Source: Amoebidium appalachense (taxonomy: Eukaryota > Protista > Ichthyosporea). Taken from it: 28,489 nt of DNA. Both the position numbers and the translations under genes were made by a program. Location of the stretch: the NCBI GenBank assembly GCA_963693365.1, contig CAVNZM010000007.1, positions 3,409,170 through 3,437,658 of the forward strand, in the 5' to 3' direction. Below are positions 28,182 to 28,489 of the stretch, one piece after another (positions within the stretch are counted from its first letter, which is position 1; each line of letters begins with the position of its first letter). Below the pieces are notes generated by a model. The model did not search any database and was not told where the DNA came from. It saw only the letters and a list, made by a program, of their open reading frames with translations.

Positions 28182-28489
28182 TTAATTCTCAGCAAGACTT
28201 AGAAGTTGAGTTTGGTATTTATTTATTAGTTGTTGTAGTTTGTTTCCTTTTCCTTTCTTCATTTCTTTCTTTCTTTTCCGTTTCCGTGTACACGACATCT
28301 TAGATCTGTGTACGTATCGACATACTTAGCTCGCGCACACGTATTGTCGTTTGCGTCAAAATCTATATATGTCATCCAATCATATCTCGTTTGTATTTTC
28401 CCAAATATAGTAACTTACATTCCTTTCTCATTCCTTTCCCACGACGTAGCATTGTGCTATGTTCTTCAACTATTAGGAATAATTATATT

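Larger units (their letters stand above)
2011..28185. mobile_element. Putative endogenous large-DNA-virus (Nucleocytoviricota-like) segment, partly decayed; boundaries uncertain
   Basis: High density of short intronless ORFs. HNH-AP2, BRO-like, T5orf172, PD-(D/E)XK, DUF5763-like Zn finger, penton-like and lectin genes are all families common in giant-virus genomes. The block is flanked or interrupted by eukaryotic retrotransposons. No MCP, PolB or A32 seen. Confidence 0.62.

Noticed and set aside
2007-28185. TTAA at both apparent boundaries (2007-2010 and 28182-28185) as a piggyBac-like TSD of a 26-kb element
   Set aside because: There are no terminal inverted repeats inside the TTAA sites, no transposase, and sequence after 28185 does not convincingly resume the Gypsy RT.

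Overview
Eukaryotic genomic window made of nested mobile DNA. (1) 1-2010: minus-strand Ty3/Gypsy pol fragment (end of RT, RNase H, integrase). It is interrupted by a 253-bp MITE (43-bp TIRs, AAT target duplication) and by a 17-bp insert flanked by a 9-bp duplication. (2) ~2.0-28.2 kb: dense block of short, apparently intronless genes on both strands. It includes HNH-AP2, BRO-like, T5orf172/GIY-YIG, PD-(D/E)XK, a CCCH Zn-finger, a C2H2 Zn-finger array, a CPxC/bulb-lectin/PAN membrane protein, a penton (minor capsid)-like protein, a retropepsin-like protease and many ORFans. This content is typical of large eukaryotic DNA viruses and is best read as a partly decayed endogenous viral element. Several genes carry single-base frameshifts. 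No major capsid, PolB or packaging ATPase is visible in the window. Upstream regions repeatedly show host Pol II-like promoters (CCAAT boxes ~30-32 bp apart plus TATA), and two of these are amplified into tandem arrays. (3) 18947-22466: a 5'-truncated Ngaro/DIRS-type tyrosine-recombinase retrotransposon with intact RT-RNase H and YR frames and a B1-A-B2 split-repeat 3' end, abutting the viral-like T5orf172 gene. All family calls come from motif recognition by eye; no database search was run.
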